Assembly (NCBI GenBank): GCA_010356995.1
Contig: ML996688.1
Location: 1,524,579 to 1,588,578 of the forward strand
Direction: 5' to 3'
DNA length: 64,000 nt
From: Trichodelitschia bisporula
Lineage: Eukaryota
Under the pieces are notes generated by a model. The model was given only the letters and a program-made list of their open reading frames with translations. It was not told the origin of the DNA and ran no database searches. Position numbers and translations under genes: made by a program. Shown here piece after piece: positions 1 to 13,213 of this stretch (position 1 is its first letter; the number at the start of each line of letters is the position of its first letter).

Positions 1-403
1 ATGTGGAGTTGGTGAGGAGCTTGGTTGGGAAGGGGGAGGAGTATCGGGATCCGAGTTTGCCTTAAGCGCCGTGGGGCCATGACAACAGACGGAGGCTCGA
101 TTCCCCCTCGCTTGCGACCGGAATCCTCGAAGCGGCAACACCAGAAACGGGTGTCGGAACGTCGAGGCTACATCAGCTGTAGCTCGACAAGCCATTTGGG
201 CTCGGCAGAAGACGAGCATCCCGGAGCGCTGAGGACGGCCGGATGGCAACTTTATCGAGGACAATCAGATCACCTGGCGCTGCCGCAGCGACCAGGGCAA
301 AGAACATGATCCATGAGCGAACAGCTAGGAAGCATATAGGAACATGGAATACCAGTCAAAGTATCCAATACAGCCAATTTAAACCCACCAGACAATCAGA
401 CAT

Positions 404-1491
404 CTACAACTTCGCCCCCATAAACTCCAAATTCACCGGCGTCAACGCCTTCCCGGTCTCAAAGAACGCCAATATGTTCTCAATCCCCAGCTTCTCAAAC
501 CCAATATGGCTCTCCAGGCTCGCCCCCGCCGTATGGCTCAGCAGCAACACATTATCCATCCCTGCCAACTCCGGGTTAATATTCGGCTCATCAAAATGCA
601 CATCCAAACCCGCCGCCACAATCTGCCCACTCCGCAACGCTCCCACCAGCGCCCCCTCATCCACCAGCTTCCCCCTCGCAATATTCACAAACCGCGCCCC
701 GGGCTTCATCGCCGCAAATCGCAGCGCACACATCACCTTCTCCCCCGCAAACGGCGTGGCCAGCAACACGCAATCCGCCTCCGCTAGCATGGCGTCCAAC
801 TCGGCGTAGTACGTCGCCTCGAGCGGAACCTCGACCGCGGGATCCATACGGCGGACATCATTATACAGCACCCGCATATGGCACGCCGCGCGCGCCTTCT
901 GCGCCACCCGCACGCCTATCCTTCCCAACCCGATTATCCCCAAAGTGTGTCCGTTGGGGTTATGCGTACTCGCTGCGATATTCCGATTCGCATCCCAGAA
1001 GCGCGCGGGGTCGCAGGAACGTGCGGACGCAGCGCTCCACCCGAAGTTGCGGAATGTGTGGAGGATGAGCCACAGCGCGGCGTCGGCGACGCTCTCCGTG
1101 CAGGCGGCGGCGCTGTTGCAGTAGAGGATGTTGCGCGAGGCGAGGGCGCGCGTGTCGACCCAGTCGAAGCCGGCGCCGGCGGAGGTGAAGATGCGGCAGG
1201 TGGGGGGTAGGAGGGCGCTGGGGGGTTAGGGGTGGAGCTGGGAGGGGAGGGGGGGGGGCGAGGGGAGTACATGAGCTCCTCGTCCCAGTTGCCCATTTCG
1301 CCGCCTGTGTTCCAGAAGGGGCGGTACATGGCGGCGAAGTCACCGAATTGGTGTGTCTCCAGAGCACGCTTGAATTCGGCTCGTGGCATGCTGTGGCTGC
1401 GGACGATGGTGAAGCGGGTTTGGAGGAGGGCGTAGAGGTCATGGTTCCAGCGGATGTCGTCGCCGAGGTGGAGAATGGTGGGTTTAGCCAT
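404..1491 (-). CDS. D-isomer-specific 2-hydroxyacid dehydrogenase (glyoxylate reductase-like), 2 exons
   Basis: Exon 1 MAKPTILHLG... (1491-1271), intron 1270-1218 (GTACTC...CTAAC...CAG), then an in-frame exon with SAGAGFDWVD, Rossmann GIIGLGRIG, FVNIARG, AGLDVHFDEP and LLSHTAG. Confidence 0.92.
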
Positions 1492-2939
1492 GATGAGGCG
1501 TGGGATTGAAGGAATTGGGGATGTTCGTGGTGAGGGGAGCTCGTGGAGGAGATCACCAGATAGAAAGCCGGCTTATGCGTGCCAGCGTGGCGGTTCATGC
1601 AGGCGTGGTACAGATGCAGGTACCGCGAACCATGGGCGAGTCGTTCGTGTCATAGCTTACTCATGGGAAAAGAAGCGAGCGGTATGGCTCATCGGGTGGT
1701 ATCGAAGTGATAAGGCGGTGGAGATCATAGTTCAGCAGATAATGCGACTATCCTGGACGTCGGCCGTAGTGTAATGACCGTTATCGGAGACGAACAGAAT
1801 GCAAGGCAAAGGCGGTCGCTAGATGTTCGTTCTCTACATTGTGGATACTACTATGTATGCTCAAGTTAGCTATGTACAAGAAAAGATGCCATCATCGTTT
1901 ACTGAATGTCTTTCCAAAAGATGCCCTACGTAGTTGAGAAAGGGCACGGTGTTGAAGTCCGTTGTGCTTAGTCATCTTCGCTAAAGAGGCGACATAAAAG
2001 CTCTCCATTGCAGCTTCTTCTCCTCTTCTTTTCTTCATCAATTTGAAAGTTGAACAACCCAGAAAATTTGACGTCGATGATCTCCCACCTGATTTCGGCG
2101 TTGTATTAGCTGGGGAGAAGAACCGATTCTTCAAAAGAAGCGAGGGGACCTTTGGCTTGACCTGCGACTTCCGTGAGGATCGAACATCCCTTTGTTACTG
2201 GCATGTGGTGAGTGTGCCGATATGGCTTTGCGGTAGTTAGGCTTTTGTCTGTGTCGGCTCTCTGCTGCTGGCAGTCGGTGTGTCCTCTGTGTGTACGCAG
2301 ATGCAGTAGTACAGCGAGTGCAAAGAGACCAAAGTGGGCTTAAAGGCCGAGTTGTTCGGAGAGCTGCACACCACCATTGGGCCATGGGCATCTACCCGGC
2401 TCTTGTGGATCGTGGACTCCCGGAATCGCTTGCTTTGCAGTACCCAGATGCCGATGCTGAAGGCCAGCTGTATTTAAGTTGCCCTTGAGTTGCTTGATAT
2501 CTCCTGTGGCGACATTTGATATGAGGCGCTCCGGCTAAGCTGAATCTCTCCAACTTCCCCTTTTCAACTCGCCCTTCCAGACTACCAAACCGTGAGCAAC
2601 AGTTGTGACCAGAAACAAGTCTCCCAACTGCCCCGCATCCCGAAGATCAGAACTCGGTAGCCAGCCATTCGCACATCACGGCAAACTCGATCGGCCTGCG
2701 CGTGCCAATACCTTGTTCCGCAAGCGATTCCGCTCCCAACGCCAGCCAAGCCCTATTGGCCGACCATCCGTCCCCCGTGTTCCACGCCGTCGCCAACATT
2801 CATCTCAAACCCTCCCCTAACCCTCCCCATCGCCACCACAACAACGCTCCTTTGATCCAACACTCCTCCCTTTGATGTCTACAACCTAACCCCTAATCCC
2901 ACCTCTCAATCTTGAACTCAAGTTCGAAACCGCGTTACC

Positions 2940-4746
2940 ATGGCAGGCTCCGAAGCCCCCCTCCTCCGGCGCTCCTCCGACCGGCAATCCACCGACGAAG
3001 ACGAATCCCTCCTCACCGGCGAACACACGCACAAAGCCGAGCAGCGCAACTGGTCCTTCTACCGCACCATCGGCCTCGCAACATGGGCCTCCCTCGCCAC
3101 CGCCGCCGTCATCATCCTCTCCGTCCTCGTGCACAACCAGCGCGCTTCTACCAAACCCCCCTCCCTCGCCTCCAAGCGCAACCTCGTCATGATGGTCTCG
3201 GACGGCATGGGGCCTACGAGTCTATCGCTGACGCGCAGTTACAAGCAGTACGCGCACGGCACCGGGTGGGGGGATAAACTCGCGCTGGATCCGCATTTGA
3301 TCGGGCAGAGCCGCACGCGCTCGACGTCGAGTTTGGTCACGGACAGCGCGGCGGGGGCGACGGCGTTTAGCTGTGGGTTTAAGAGCTATAATGGCGCGAT
3401 TGCGGTGCTGCCCGATCACACGGCGTGCGGGACTGTGCTTGAGGCTGCGAAGAAAGCCGGGTACATGACGGGCCTGGTGGTCACGACGCGGATCACAGAC
3501 GCGACGCCCGCGTGTTTTGCGTCGCATGTGAATATGCGGTCTGAGGAGGATCGGATTGCGGAGCAGCTCGCGGGGTACTATCCGCTGGGTCGGGTTGTGG
3601 ATCTGATTATCGGCGGGGGGAGGTGCCATTTCCTGCCAAATGCGACGGAGGGGAGCTGTCGCGATGATGGGAAGGATGTGATTGCCATGGCGCGGGAGAA
3701 AGGGTTCAATTATGTCGGTGACCGTGCGGGATTCGATGCGCTCAAGCAGGGCAAGGATGTGCAACTCCCGCTGCTCGCGCTGCTCGCGGACACGGATATC
3801 CCCTACGAGATCGACCGCCGGAACGAAGACGACGTCTACCCTTCGCTCAAGGAAATGGCCCTCACCGCGTTGAATGCGCTGAGCGCTGCGACGAAGGATA
3901 GCAAGAAGGGGTTTTTCCTCATGGTGGAGGGCAGCCGGATCGACCACGCGGGCCATGCGAATGATCCCGCGGCGCAGGTGCACGAGGTGCTGTCCTACGA
4001 CGATACCTTCGCGGCCGTCGTGGATTTCGTCAAGAAGGACAAGACGCAGGGCGTAGTCGTCGGCACGAGCGACCACGAGACCGGCGGGCTGGCCGTTGCG
4101 CGGCGTACGTCCCCTTCCCCCCTTATACACAATAACTAACCACCCTCCAGAGCTCCACCCGACCTACCCCGAGTACCTCTGGTACCCCGGCGTACTCACC
4201 AACGTGTCACACTCCGCCGAGCGGCTCGGACAGGAATACTTCGCGCACCTCAGCTCCTCCGCCTCGTCCCCGAAATCCGACCTCACGAAATGGGTCCAGA
4301 ATCTAGTGACCACCGAGCTGGGAATCCACGATGCGTCGGATGAAGAAATACGCCTGCTCGTCGAGCAGCCGGATAACGCGCCGTATGCGTTTGCGGATAT
4401 GGTGTCCCGGCGCGCGCAGACGGGGTGGAGTACGCATGGGCACAGTGCGGCGGATGTTAATATCTATGCCAGCAACGCCGCCGATGTGCCTGCCCTGGTG
4501 GGGAATCATGAGAATACTGAGGTTGGGGAGTTTTTGCACAGGTATTTGGATGTGGATGTTGAGGCGATCACGCGCGAGCTGAGCGCTGCGGGGCCGGAGT
4601 GGGAGACGGTCGATGCGCAGGGTGTGAAGGTTGGGTGGTTGGGAAGACTGCCGAATGATGGGGAGAGGCTGGATGGGCAGGATCATGTGGATCATTATAA
4701 GGGAGATTATAAGAAGCATAAGAGGTGTGAGATCTGTGGGTTGTAG
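2940..4746 (+). CDS. PHO8: Vacuolar-type alkaline phosphatase (type II membrane anchor), 2 exons
   Basis: N-terminal TM segment. Motifs MMVSDGMG, VTDSAAGATA (catalytic Ser), EGSRIDHAGHAND, TSDHETGG and THGHSAADV. Intron 4105-4150 (GTACGT...CTAAC...CAG) joins the two ORFs. Confidence 0.95.
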
Positions 4747-5132
4747 TGGTTGGAGGGGAGAGGAGCGTGTGTGTATGTGTGTCCCCTGTATGGGTTGGAG
4801 TTTGGGAAGGCGTTGGTGGGAGTCCAGATTGCTAGGTCAGTAGCTCTAGTGGTAATCGGGTGCTACTTTCAGGTTCAGGGCTGGTCTGGTGGTGATGGAA
4901 TGCACGAGGAACGTCGTGTCCTGACCACCGTCCTCATTCAGGGGTCCCGATTTAGGGGTCCGGGTTCAACAAGACGTCACCGGCTTCGATACCACCAGAA
5001 CTCCGTCTGTTTACTTCCAGAATCTCCACGTTGGGGCATGCGTCGATGTAGAAGGCGACTTACCTGACGTCAGGACCACAGCGGGGAGGGGTACATATAG
5101 GCCTCGCATCGGGTTGTTGATCTGGCACATCG

Positions 5133-5204
5133 CAGCATCACCAGCATCACCAGCATCACCAGCATCACCAGCATCACCAGCATCACCAGAATCACCAGCA
5201 CTAC
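5133..5204. repeat. 9-bp tandem repeat (CAGCATCAC) x6 plus 2 variant copies
   Basis: Read directly. It ends just before the ATG at 5206. Confidence 0.95.
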
Positions 5205-5205
5205 C

Positions 5206-5835
5206 ATGAGCCCCCAGCACCACCAGCACCAGCATAACCAGCACCACCAGCACCAGCATCACGAAGACCACACCCACCCCACCCACGCCTATCACCACAT
5301 AATGCGTCCCCACCCCGACACCCACTCCGAGTCCGTCCAGATCCCCCCCATACCCCCCCCCTCTAACACCCCCCAGAATGCCCGGCGGCAGCTGTGGCAC
5401 CGACGCCATGCTCTCAAGCAGCAAAATCACGCCGCTCGACGCAGACGTCAAGCGCCACGTCCCGCACGCGCCCTTCGGCAGTGGCAGCACGGGCTACGAC
5501 TACGACATCGACGAATCGCGGATCGAGCCGCTGGGGGGCCATGGTGAGTGTCCCGCCTCGCGCCGGCCCACCATCACGCGTCGAGACTGCGCGTGGCCGG
5601 GAGGGTTAGTGAAGTCGACGGCGCGGCTGACATGCTGGCAGGACAGTACCAGCACCCACTGCCGCACGCCGACTCGCAGGGCGTCGTGGGCCGGGATCGC
5701 GTGATTGCGACGAGCAAGATCGAGCCGTTTGACCACAAGGGGCCGGCGGGGAATATGACGTATGGCGTTGATCAGGAGATGGTGGATAAGGCTCGGATTG
5801 AGCCGCTGAGCGAGGTGCGCGAGCAGATGGACTGA
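5206..5835 (+). CDS. Small (~161 aa) hydrophilic protein with His/Gln-rich N-terminus and repeated [SA][KR]I[ET]P[LF] motif, 3 exons
   Basis: Introns 5331-5376 (GTCCGT...CTAAC...CAG) and 5544-5641 (GTGAGT...GCTGAC...CAG) join three ORF-track fragments in frame (125+167+194=486 nt). An alternative start exists at 5302. Confidence 0.65.
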
Positions 5836-8800
5836 TTTTGAGCGTTTGACGGGTTTGAGGTGTACGTACCATACTGTACCCAACGTCGACGAATCTTTCT
5901 TCGCCACTTGGCAACTGTTGCTGGTGCTGGCGCCGGTTGTGTCGGGACCTGCCTACTATCGGAACTATTCGCGGCACCATTCACTCTATCCCGATTCAAG
6001 GCCCCGACGCGGATATAACGCCCAGCCACGGATATGACCCGCAATCCCATCCCACGCCGCTGGGCCGCAATATCCCAGCCAACCGCTGTCCAGGAACTTA
6101 GCCGGACGGCCGCGAACAGCGAAAGTGCCAGCATGGAGGCTCTTGCGGCGTCCATCGCTGCCAGAAGCGGACCGGCTTCGTTCTAGAAGATATCAAGCGG
6201 ACGACTGACATCTGGAAGGTCAGCTACCGTAGCCGTGCCGCATCCGGTTGGAGGCTGGCGTGCATGGGCCGTTCGTTTGGGCTGCGGGCTGCCCTCTGCT
6301 TGCTTCTCGAGAAGTGCAATTCCGCTTGGGGCCGAATGGCGAGGGACCTGCCTTTCGCGGTAAGTCGGTGCTGATGGACAGGGGACGAAATACCGATGGC
6401 CTTGCCACCCTACCATGACGACTGAAGAAGCATCACGAGAACCATGGGCCATGATAGTGAGATTGATCAGGATACTCGCCACCGTCCCGGACTTGAGTCC
6501 GGCGGTTACGGACGTTTGAACACCGTCATGGCCCAAAATCAGCCGCCACTAACCGGCCCACAAGGCCAAAACAGACCCCATTAGCCCGCCTAACGCTCGT
6601 CGTTTGACCAGCGCTCCCGGTCTCTTGCTGCCATCACGCCGCTCAAATCACGCGGCCGTTCGTGCGGGAGCACTCGCACTACCCGCGCGGCACAGCGGAA
6701 GGCCGAACGCGGAAAGCGATATGAATCCATCGGTCTTCGCGGGATATCCAGAGACGTCCGCGCCGGTGTCATGATGGCCACGCAATACGCGCACAGGCTG
6801 CGGGGCGCGGGTTACGCGGTGGGTTGGGGCCGTTGGGCCGGCGCCGTTGGAGAGGGGAGGGGTGCTCGGTGGGGTCTTTGATATAGAATGGGGCCGTAGG
6901 GACTAGAGGGCGGGTTCCTGCGGGGTGGGTGTACGCAGTCGGAGATCCTTAGGGATGGGGTTGTGTGGGTGGTGGTTTGAGGTTCGGGTGGGCTGTGGTC
7001 TGGTGGGTTGTGGGTCTGGTGTTTTGCGGCTCTTGAGGGGATTGGCTAGGGTAGGATCGTGGTTTGGTTGGCGATCGATGGCATCGTGAGGGAGGTGGTG
7101 CGACGGCATGGGGGAAGAGTGGTTGAGCTCAATGAAACGACGAGGTGGCGAGGTTTCAAACGTGAGGAAGGCGCGATCTGAGGCTCTTGAGATTGTGGTA
7201 CAGGTGGCGGAAGGTGGAAATTCTATTCTTGTCACACGCCCGGCATCCCGTGCGGTTCAGAGACCATCGAGATGGCAACGTGAATAGCCAACGTCTGGCT
7301 CGCGGATTAGGAGACGATGGGAGAACGAAAGGGCTATGGTAAGGAGGCCTTCGTTAGGGAAGGATAGCACGAGGCCAGAGAGCGAGGAGTAGAAGCGACA
7401 CGACCACACGTGCAGGCACTCATGCTGTGGTGCCGACCCTGGCCGCCATGCTCAGCACACTTCCCTCCAACCCCTCCATCGTCCCTTTCGCAGCACGCAT
7501 GCCGTCGTGACACCCAGACCTTGCCACACCGAACCACTCCTCCCCAACTGCATCGTGATGCCAGAAACACCTCCACTCACATAGCACACGATTACTTCCT
7601 CTCCATTCCTCAACTTGTCATCCTGACATCACCACTTTCAACGGAACCCTTCGTCCCCGCTCCTCCGCCGCGGGGCCGCAACTCCATTATCCATCGTCGT
7701 CGTCATTCCACCCCGTGCCCAAACCCGACCGGCTGTCTGGCTGGAAATACAGCAACCATCAGCCGCACGACCGACTGCCAAAACCAGGCACATCCGGCCC
7801 TCCCACCTCGCATCAGTGTGAAGAAGGTTGCATCACAGCCTTGCGCGGCCGATCTTCTGCGCGCATCGCATGCAGCCGAGGTGGGGCCGCTTATCAGCTT
7901 ATCGCGTTGCCTGTCGTGCCGCCCGCGGAACGGGGGCCCAATCATGGGTGCGGGATATGAGGGCGGGGATGAGGAGATGGAGAATGATGAAGAAAAAGCT
8001 GGGCAGATTGCTTGCACATGTTCGGCGATGCTTGAGTTTGCTCGAGCTCGACGAGGTATGGAGGCTTCTCGGGACTCGATATCGCGAAGCTCGCCCCGTT
8101 CATACTCGAACGGTATCCTGACCACGAAGCAACCATCCAGGCTCGAGAGGTTATCCTGACACCACAGGAACAATAATCCGACGGACTAATTGCCTTGCTG
8201 TGCCTTTACCTCGCGCGCCCGCATATCTAGTTCGGGTAGAGTAGGACGTCGATATGACGCCTGATTGCGCTTGGATTGCACATGCTTGGCTGCGGGGTGT
8301 TTGATTGGCTGGCTTTTCTGGGCGGAGGGCAGGTTGGGGGGAGGCTGTGGCTTGCGTTTGCGCGGTTGCGGGGTGGGAGAGGGGGACAAAAGCTACTCTG
8401 GGGTGGTGTGTAGCACAGGGTCTTGACGATGCTGAGGACTGGCGATGTCGGAGGGACAAGTGTACCTCCGTACGTACCTTGGGTACTTGTGTGCAATATG
8501 AAGAGAGAAATTATCGAGAGAGGATAGATGGACTGTTGATAGAGTTTCGGCTGCTGTGCCGGAGATTCGCATTGCAACCCGCAGGCCAACCACCGCCCGC
8601 CCCATGACAGATATCGTATATTGCGCGAGATTTGACGAGCTTGGTACATGGCCGTTAGACACTCTGCTGCTCGGCATCTAGGGCTAATGTATAGCGAGAC
8701 GATGCCATGGACTTGGTACAATCGATACATTTCAGCTCGGTACCTGAGCTTTAATCGACAGCGGAAGTCCTCAGTCGGGCTCGCCATTCAGCGCAAAAGC

Positions 8801-9710
8801 CTGCTTTCCAGCAGCATCAAGAGACATGCGGCAACATTACTGCGCAAAAAGAAGCACCGCATTTCTCCGGCCGGTGAGGCCGTGCATTGAACATCTGCAC
8901 ACTGCAATGCACAGCTGCTGCAACACAGAACACAGCCGCAGCTCATGCGTCTGTCGCACGGCGCGGCCGCAGGGCGCACGCAGGCTTTGACGCCGTTGGT
9001 GACGCGCCATGACTGGCTGTTGGTTGGCGGGCGCGCTTGTCGCGGCTCGACTTTCTAGAAGGGTCGTTTAGCCTGGCGTATGTAACCTGGGCGGGCGGGG
9101 CCGACGATGCGGTGCTGTATACACAATAGATGCGGTATACGTTGGTAGGGAGACCTGGGATTGCGCGGCACTCCTCTGGGCAGCGGGGGTGGAGCGTTGC
9201 GGGTGAGGGCGCGGGTAATGATGGGTGGCATGGAGAGTGGTATCTTGTATTTTGCGCAGATTGCGCGTGAGGACGGCGGTGGAATTTGCACGGGCCTGGC
9301 GGGAGGGGCGTGGCAGGTTGATTACGGCACGGGTAGCGAGGCGGCGTGGGTGCGCGTGTGGGATGATGTGTGGGATGAAGCTAGCGCTTTGCGTTTTCGT
9401 GGTGGTTCGCTGAGAACTTGTGAAGCGTGCTTTGATGGTGGTTTACGAGGCGAGCTTCTTTGCTTTGGTGGTGTGTTTGCGTTGGGTCTGGACTTGCTTG
9501 GTCGCATCATGGGGAGACGCGCCAGGCACGCTGCGAACGAACTGGCCTGGACGCGGAACGGGCGGGCGAGGCGTTAAGCAACCCGCACATTGCAGCTAGA
9601 GATGCAGCTAGAGTGCTGCCGAGACGCTAGTGGGGTGAGAGATCGGCTGTAACTGGCCTGCGAACAGCCTGTGCGCGGATGGAGCTAGTGCGCATTGGGG
9701 ATTTGGGTAG

Positions 9711-9747
9711 GTGGGAGGTGAATAGTGGGAGGTGAATAGTGGGAGGT
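9711..9747. repeat. 14-bp tandem repeat GTGGGAGGTGAATA x2.6
   Basis: Read directly. Confidence 0.85.
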
Positions 9748-9823
9748 AGGGTGGGGAGGGGCGAGAGCGATGGCGACAAAGATAGGGACGGGATTGCCAG
9801 AGATCAAGAAACGGAGCGACAGC

Positions 9824-9871
9824 AAGAGTGACAGGAAGAGTAACAGAAAGAGTAACAGAAAGAGTAACGGA
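9824..9871. repeat. 12-bp tandem repeat AAGAGTAACAGA x4 (imperfect)
   Basis: Read directly. Confidence 0.85.
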
Positions 9872-10685
9872 AGTCTCAGAGGAAGGACGGGACAAGAAGA
9901 AGGTGAGGCAGAGGACTGAGAATAGATTGCAGCAAGCGGCATTATTGAACGCATGGTCAACTGCTACTTTCAGCAACAGCAACAGAAACAACTCTCCTCT
10001 CTTCTCCTCCCGAAATTCATCACTGCCAAACACGCCGCCAGGAACTGGTACCGATACTGTTGAAGGTACATTCCAGAAGAGAGAGAGAGAGAGATAGAGA
10101 GGGAGAAGAGAGGGAAGAGATCCCCCGGCTATTGACCTTCTTCCTTTCCTCCCTCCCTCGCCCACTCATCCCCAACCCTCTTCTTCTCTCTTCCCACTCT
10201 CGGTCATTGACGTCCAATCCATTTCCCTCTTTCATCCACTCTCGACTCCCCAATCCCACATTTCATCCCGCGCTTCTCCCACCCACCCAAACCCGTGCAA
10301 GCCCGCTCTCTCTCACCCACTACAGCCCACCCACCACCTAAACCACACCTCCACTCGCAACCTCCCTCCCTTTTTTTTTCTTTACTAGCCACCCCTCTCC
10401 ACCCTCACCCTCCCCCTCCCCCTCCCCAAAGCTCGACTTCTTCCCGCCGTCGCCTCTCTTTCTTCTCTCCTTACAACCTCCCCTCCCCCCCCCCCCCCAC
10501 CACCAAGGCTTCTCCTGTTCTTTGCATTTCGCGCTACTCGGCCTCGTCTGCCACATACCACTCGTTCAATCCCTTTGTTCTCTCCTCTCGCCTCTCTCCT
10601 CACTTCAATTCCACGTTGAAAGATAATTAATTCCGACCACTTGCTTCACGCCCCCTTCGCCACATACCCTGGACCCTTATCGGAG

Positions 10686-10835
10686 ACGCGTCGCTCGAGA
10701 ATCGGAACATACACGAATACCAATTCCTTCGACCACACAACTTTGCACACAAACAAACACTCTTCATTCCCGCTCGCTAGAAACCCTCATCCGGTAACGC
10801 GTCGCTCGAGGATCGGAACCACACTCGAATACCAA
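10686..10835. repeat. Imperfect ~38-bp direct repeat, each copy starting with ACGCGT
   Basis: ACGCGTCGCTCGAGAATCGGAACATACACGAATACCAA (10686-10723) versus ACGCGTCGCTCGAGGATCGGAACCACACTCGAATACCAA (10797-10835). Confidence 0.85.
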
Positions 10836-10998
10836 ACTCCGGGACCGCAGAAATCGCACACTGCACCCGTAATACCCCCCCCGGCTCGCTGAACTTGGGA
10901 GCTATCTCATCACTCCACCTCCACCGCCCACCTCCAGTCCTCAGATGCTATCCTGAATCACTTCGCGAATCCCGCCGATTCTTCGTCAGTCGCTCACG

Positions 10999-13213
10999 AT
11001 GCGGTCGACCATATTCCGCAACATGAACCCCCTCAAGCTCCTCCCCATTCGGACAAACGTGCCATATGAGCGTTTACCTGGCTACGAGAGCAATAATGGC
11101 TCGCCTTTCAGCGCCGTCTCCCTCAAGAAGTACCGCTGGCGCTCACCCAGTCCTGGCGCTGAGCGCTTTCCTGCACTGGTGCGCATGTCGCTCTCGCGCC
11201 TAATCATGCTTGCTGTCACAGCCTTCCTTTGCGTCGGACTTGTGGCTGTCGGTGGCTATCGCGGTCACCAAAGAATGAAGCACAAGCCTGCCCCGGTGCG
11301 GGAGGCCTACCCATGGGAGTCATTTACTCGGTATGAACCTACCCCTCTCCTACTGACGCAACGATGATCATTGTGCTGACACATGTCCTCATAGCCTCGA
11401 TGGCTTCTACAACGGCGTAGGCACCCTCGTGCCCAAGTCAGAGTGGACGCCCGAGCAGCACCATCTGCGCGAAAACATCACCGTTGCCGACAAGGGCCCG
11501 CGCAAGCCCACGTCCGCACCTCCTCTCGATCCGATTGCCTTCGACCCTTACGCCGAGTACAAATCCGACAAGTACTTGCAGGACCACCATCCCGTACACG
11601 AGTGCTTCCTCGATGCCAACGACCGCGTACGCACTCCCGACGTGTATGCTTACCCCGGCTTGCCGCAGAACTCCTCTGAAGCCTCTTTCGGCTCCTATGA
11701 CGTCCTTGGTATCCGCGACGATGTCTGCTGGGAGCGCTTTGGCCGCTTCGGTCCGTACGGCTACGGCTACGACCGTGAGGAAGGCGGTCTGGGCCTTGCG
11801 GAAAAATCGGAGAAGGTTGGCAGCGGCAAGGTTAGGAAGCAGCAGCCCAAGGTCGACTACCGCAAGATCAACTGGGGTGAGGTCCAGCGCCGGTGTGTCG
11901 CCAAGAACAAGGATCGCTTCGATCAGAACAAGACGGTGGCTGCGGGCGAGAAGGCGGAGAAGGGCCTAAAGAAGCGTGTGGCTCGCCAGGCGTATATCCT
12001 GCGTGCATACACGGGTTACAAGTACGACGACCACCAGCTGCTCACCATGCGCGCTATGATTACCGAGTTGTCGCTTAAGACCGGTGGCGAGTACGACGTC
12101 CATTTGCTCGTGCAGGTGCGCGACGACAGCATCCCCATCTGGACCGACAAGGAAATCTACCGCAAGACGCTCGAAGAGTCTGTCCCCGAGGAGTTCTGGG
12201 GTATCGCCACGCTTTGGTCTGAGGGTCTGATGCGCCTCTACTACCCGGCTCCTTTCCCGGACAACTTCGATAACCCGTCGGGCCAGCCTATCCATGGCGT
12301 CTACCGCGGCGCCCATTTCCCGCTCTTCTGGTTCGCGCAGCAGCATCCCGAGTACGAACACTACTGGAACTGGGAGATGGATCTGCGCTACACGGGCCAC
12401 TACTACGAGTTCAACAAGCACATCACCGAGTGGGCCAAGAACCAGCCGCGCAAGGGCATCTGGGAGCGGAGCGCGCGCTACTACATGCCGGAGCTGCACG
12501 GCTCGTGGGCCGATTTCCAGAAGCTGGTCGAGCAGGAGACGTACCAAGACCCGGATGGCCCGGTCTGGGGCCCGGTCAAGTTCCCCAACAGCGGGATGCT
12601 GCCGTCTCCGAATGCAACAAAGCCACCAACCACCTATCTCGAGGATAACTACGAGTGGGGCGTGGGCGAGGACGCCGATCTGATCACCTTCAACCCGCTC
12701 TTCGACCCCGCCAAGACGAACTGGGTGTTCCGCGACGACGTCGACGGTTTCTCCCGCCAGCACCCGATCCCGCCAAGGCGTGTCGCCATCATCACGGTGT
12801 CGCGGCTGTCGAAGCGGCTGCTCGACCTTGCACACAAGGAGACGTACAAGATGCGCCACACCATGTTCCCAGAGATGTGGCCGCCGACCATTGCGCTGCA
12901 CCACGGACTCAAGGCGGTGTACGTGCCGCACCCGGTGTACTTCGACCGTCTCTGGCCCCTCGAGTACATGGACCAGATCTTCAACAAGCCCGAAAAGCCG
13001 ACGGAAAGTGTGTTTGGCTGGGGCGAACACAACCAGCTCGGCTCGAGCTTCTATTATAACTCGGGCTTTGCGGGCGCGTTGTGGAGGCGCTGGTTCGGTT
13101 ACAGGGAGAATAAGGAGGGTGGGAGCTGGGTTGAACTTACGACCACGGGACGGCTTTGCTTGAGATCGACGCTGTTGCATCCGATTAAGTTTGAGCGGGG
13201 ACCGACGGAGTAG
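10999..13213 (+). CDS. DUF3405-family type II membrane protein, 2 exons
   Basis: N-terminal TM helix. Intron 11331-11394 (GTATGA...GCTGAC...TAG). Family-typical segments ELSLKTGGEYDVHLLVQV, WNWEMDLRYTGHY, RLSKRLL, LHHGLKAVYVPHPVY and LLHPIK. Confidence 0.85.

Noticed and set aside
1500..2939. Pho4-type CACGTG site upstream of PHO8
   Set aside because: None was found on manual scan.
5900..10600. Assorted ORFs such as 7410-8159 and 9608-10165
   Set aside because: They have non-ATG starts or low-complexity translations, with no codon or splice pattern like the real genes.
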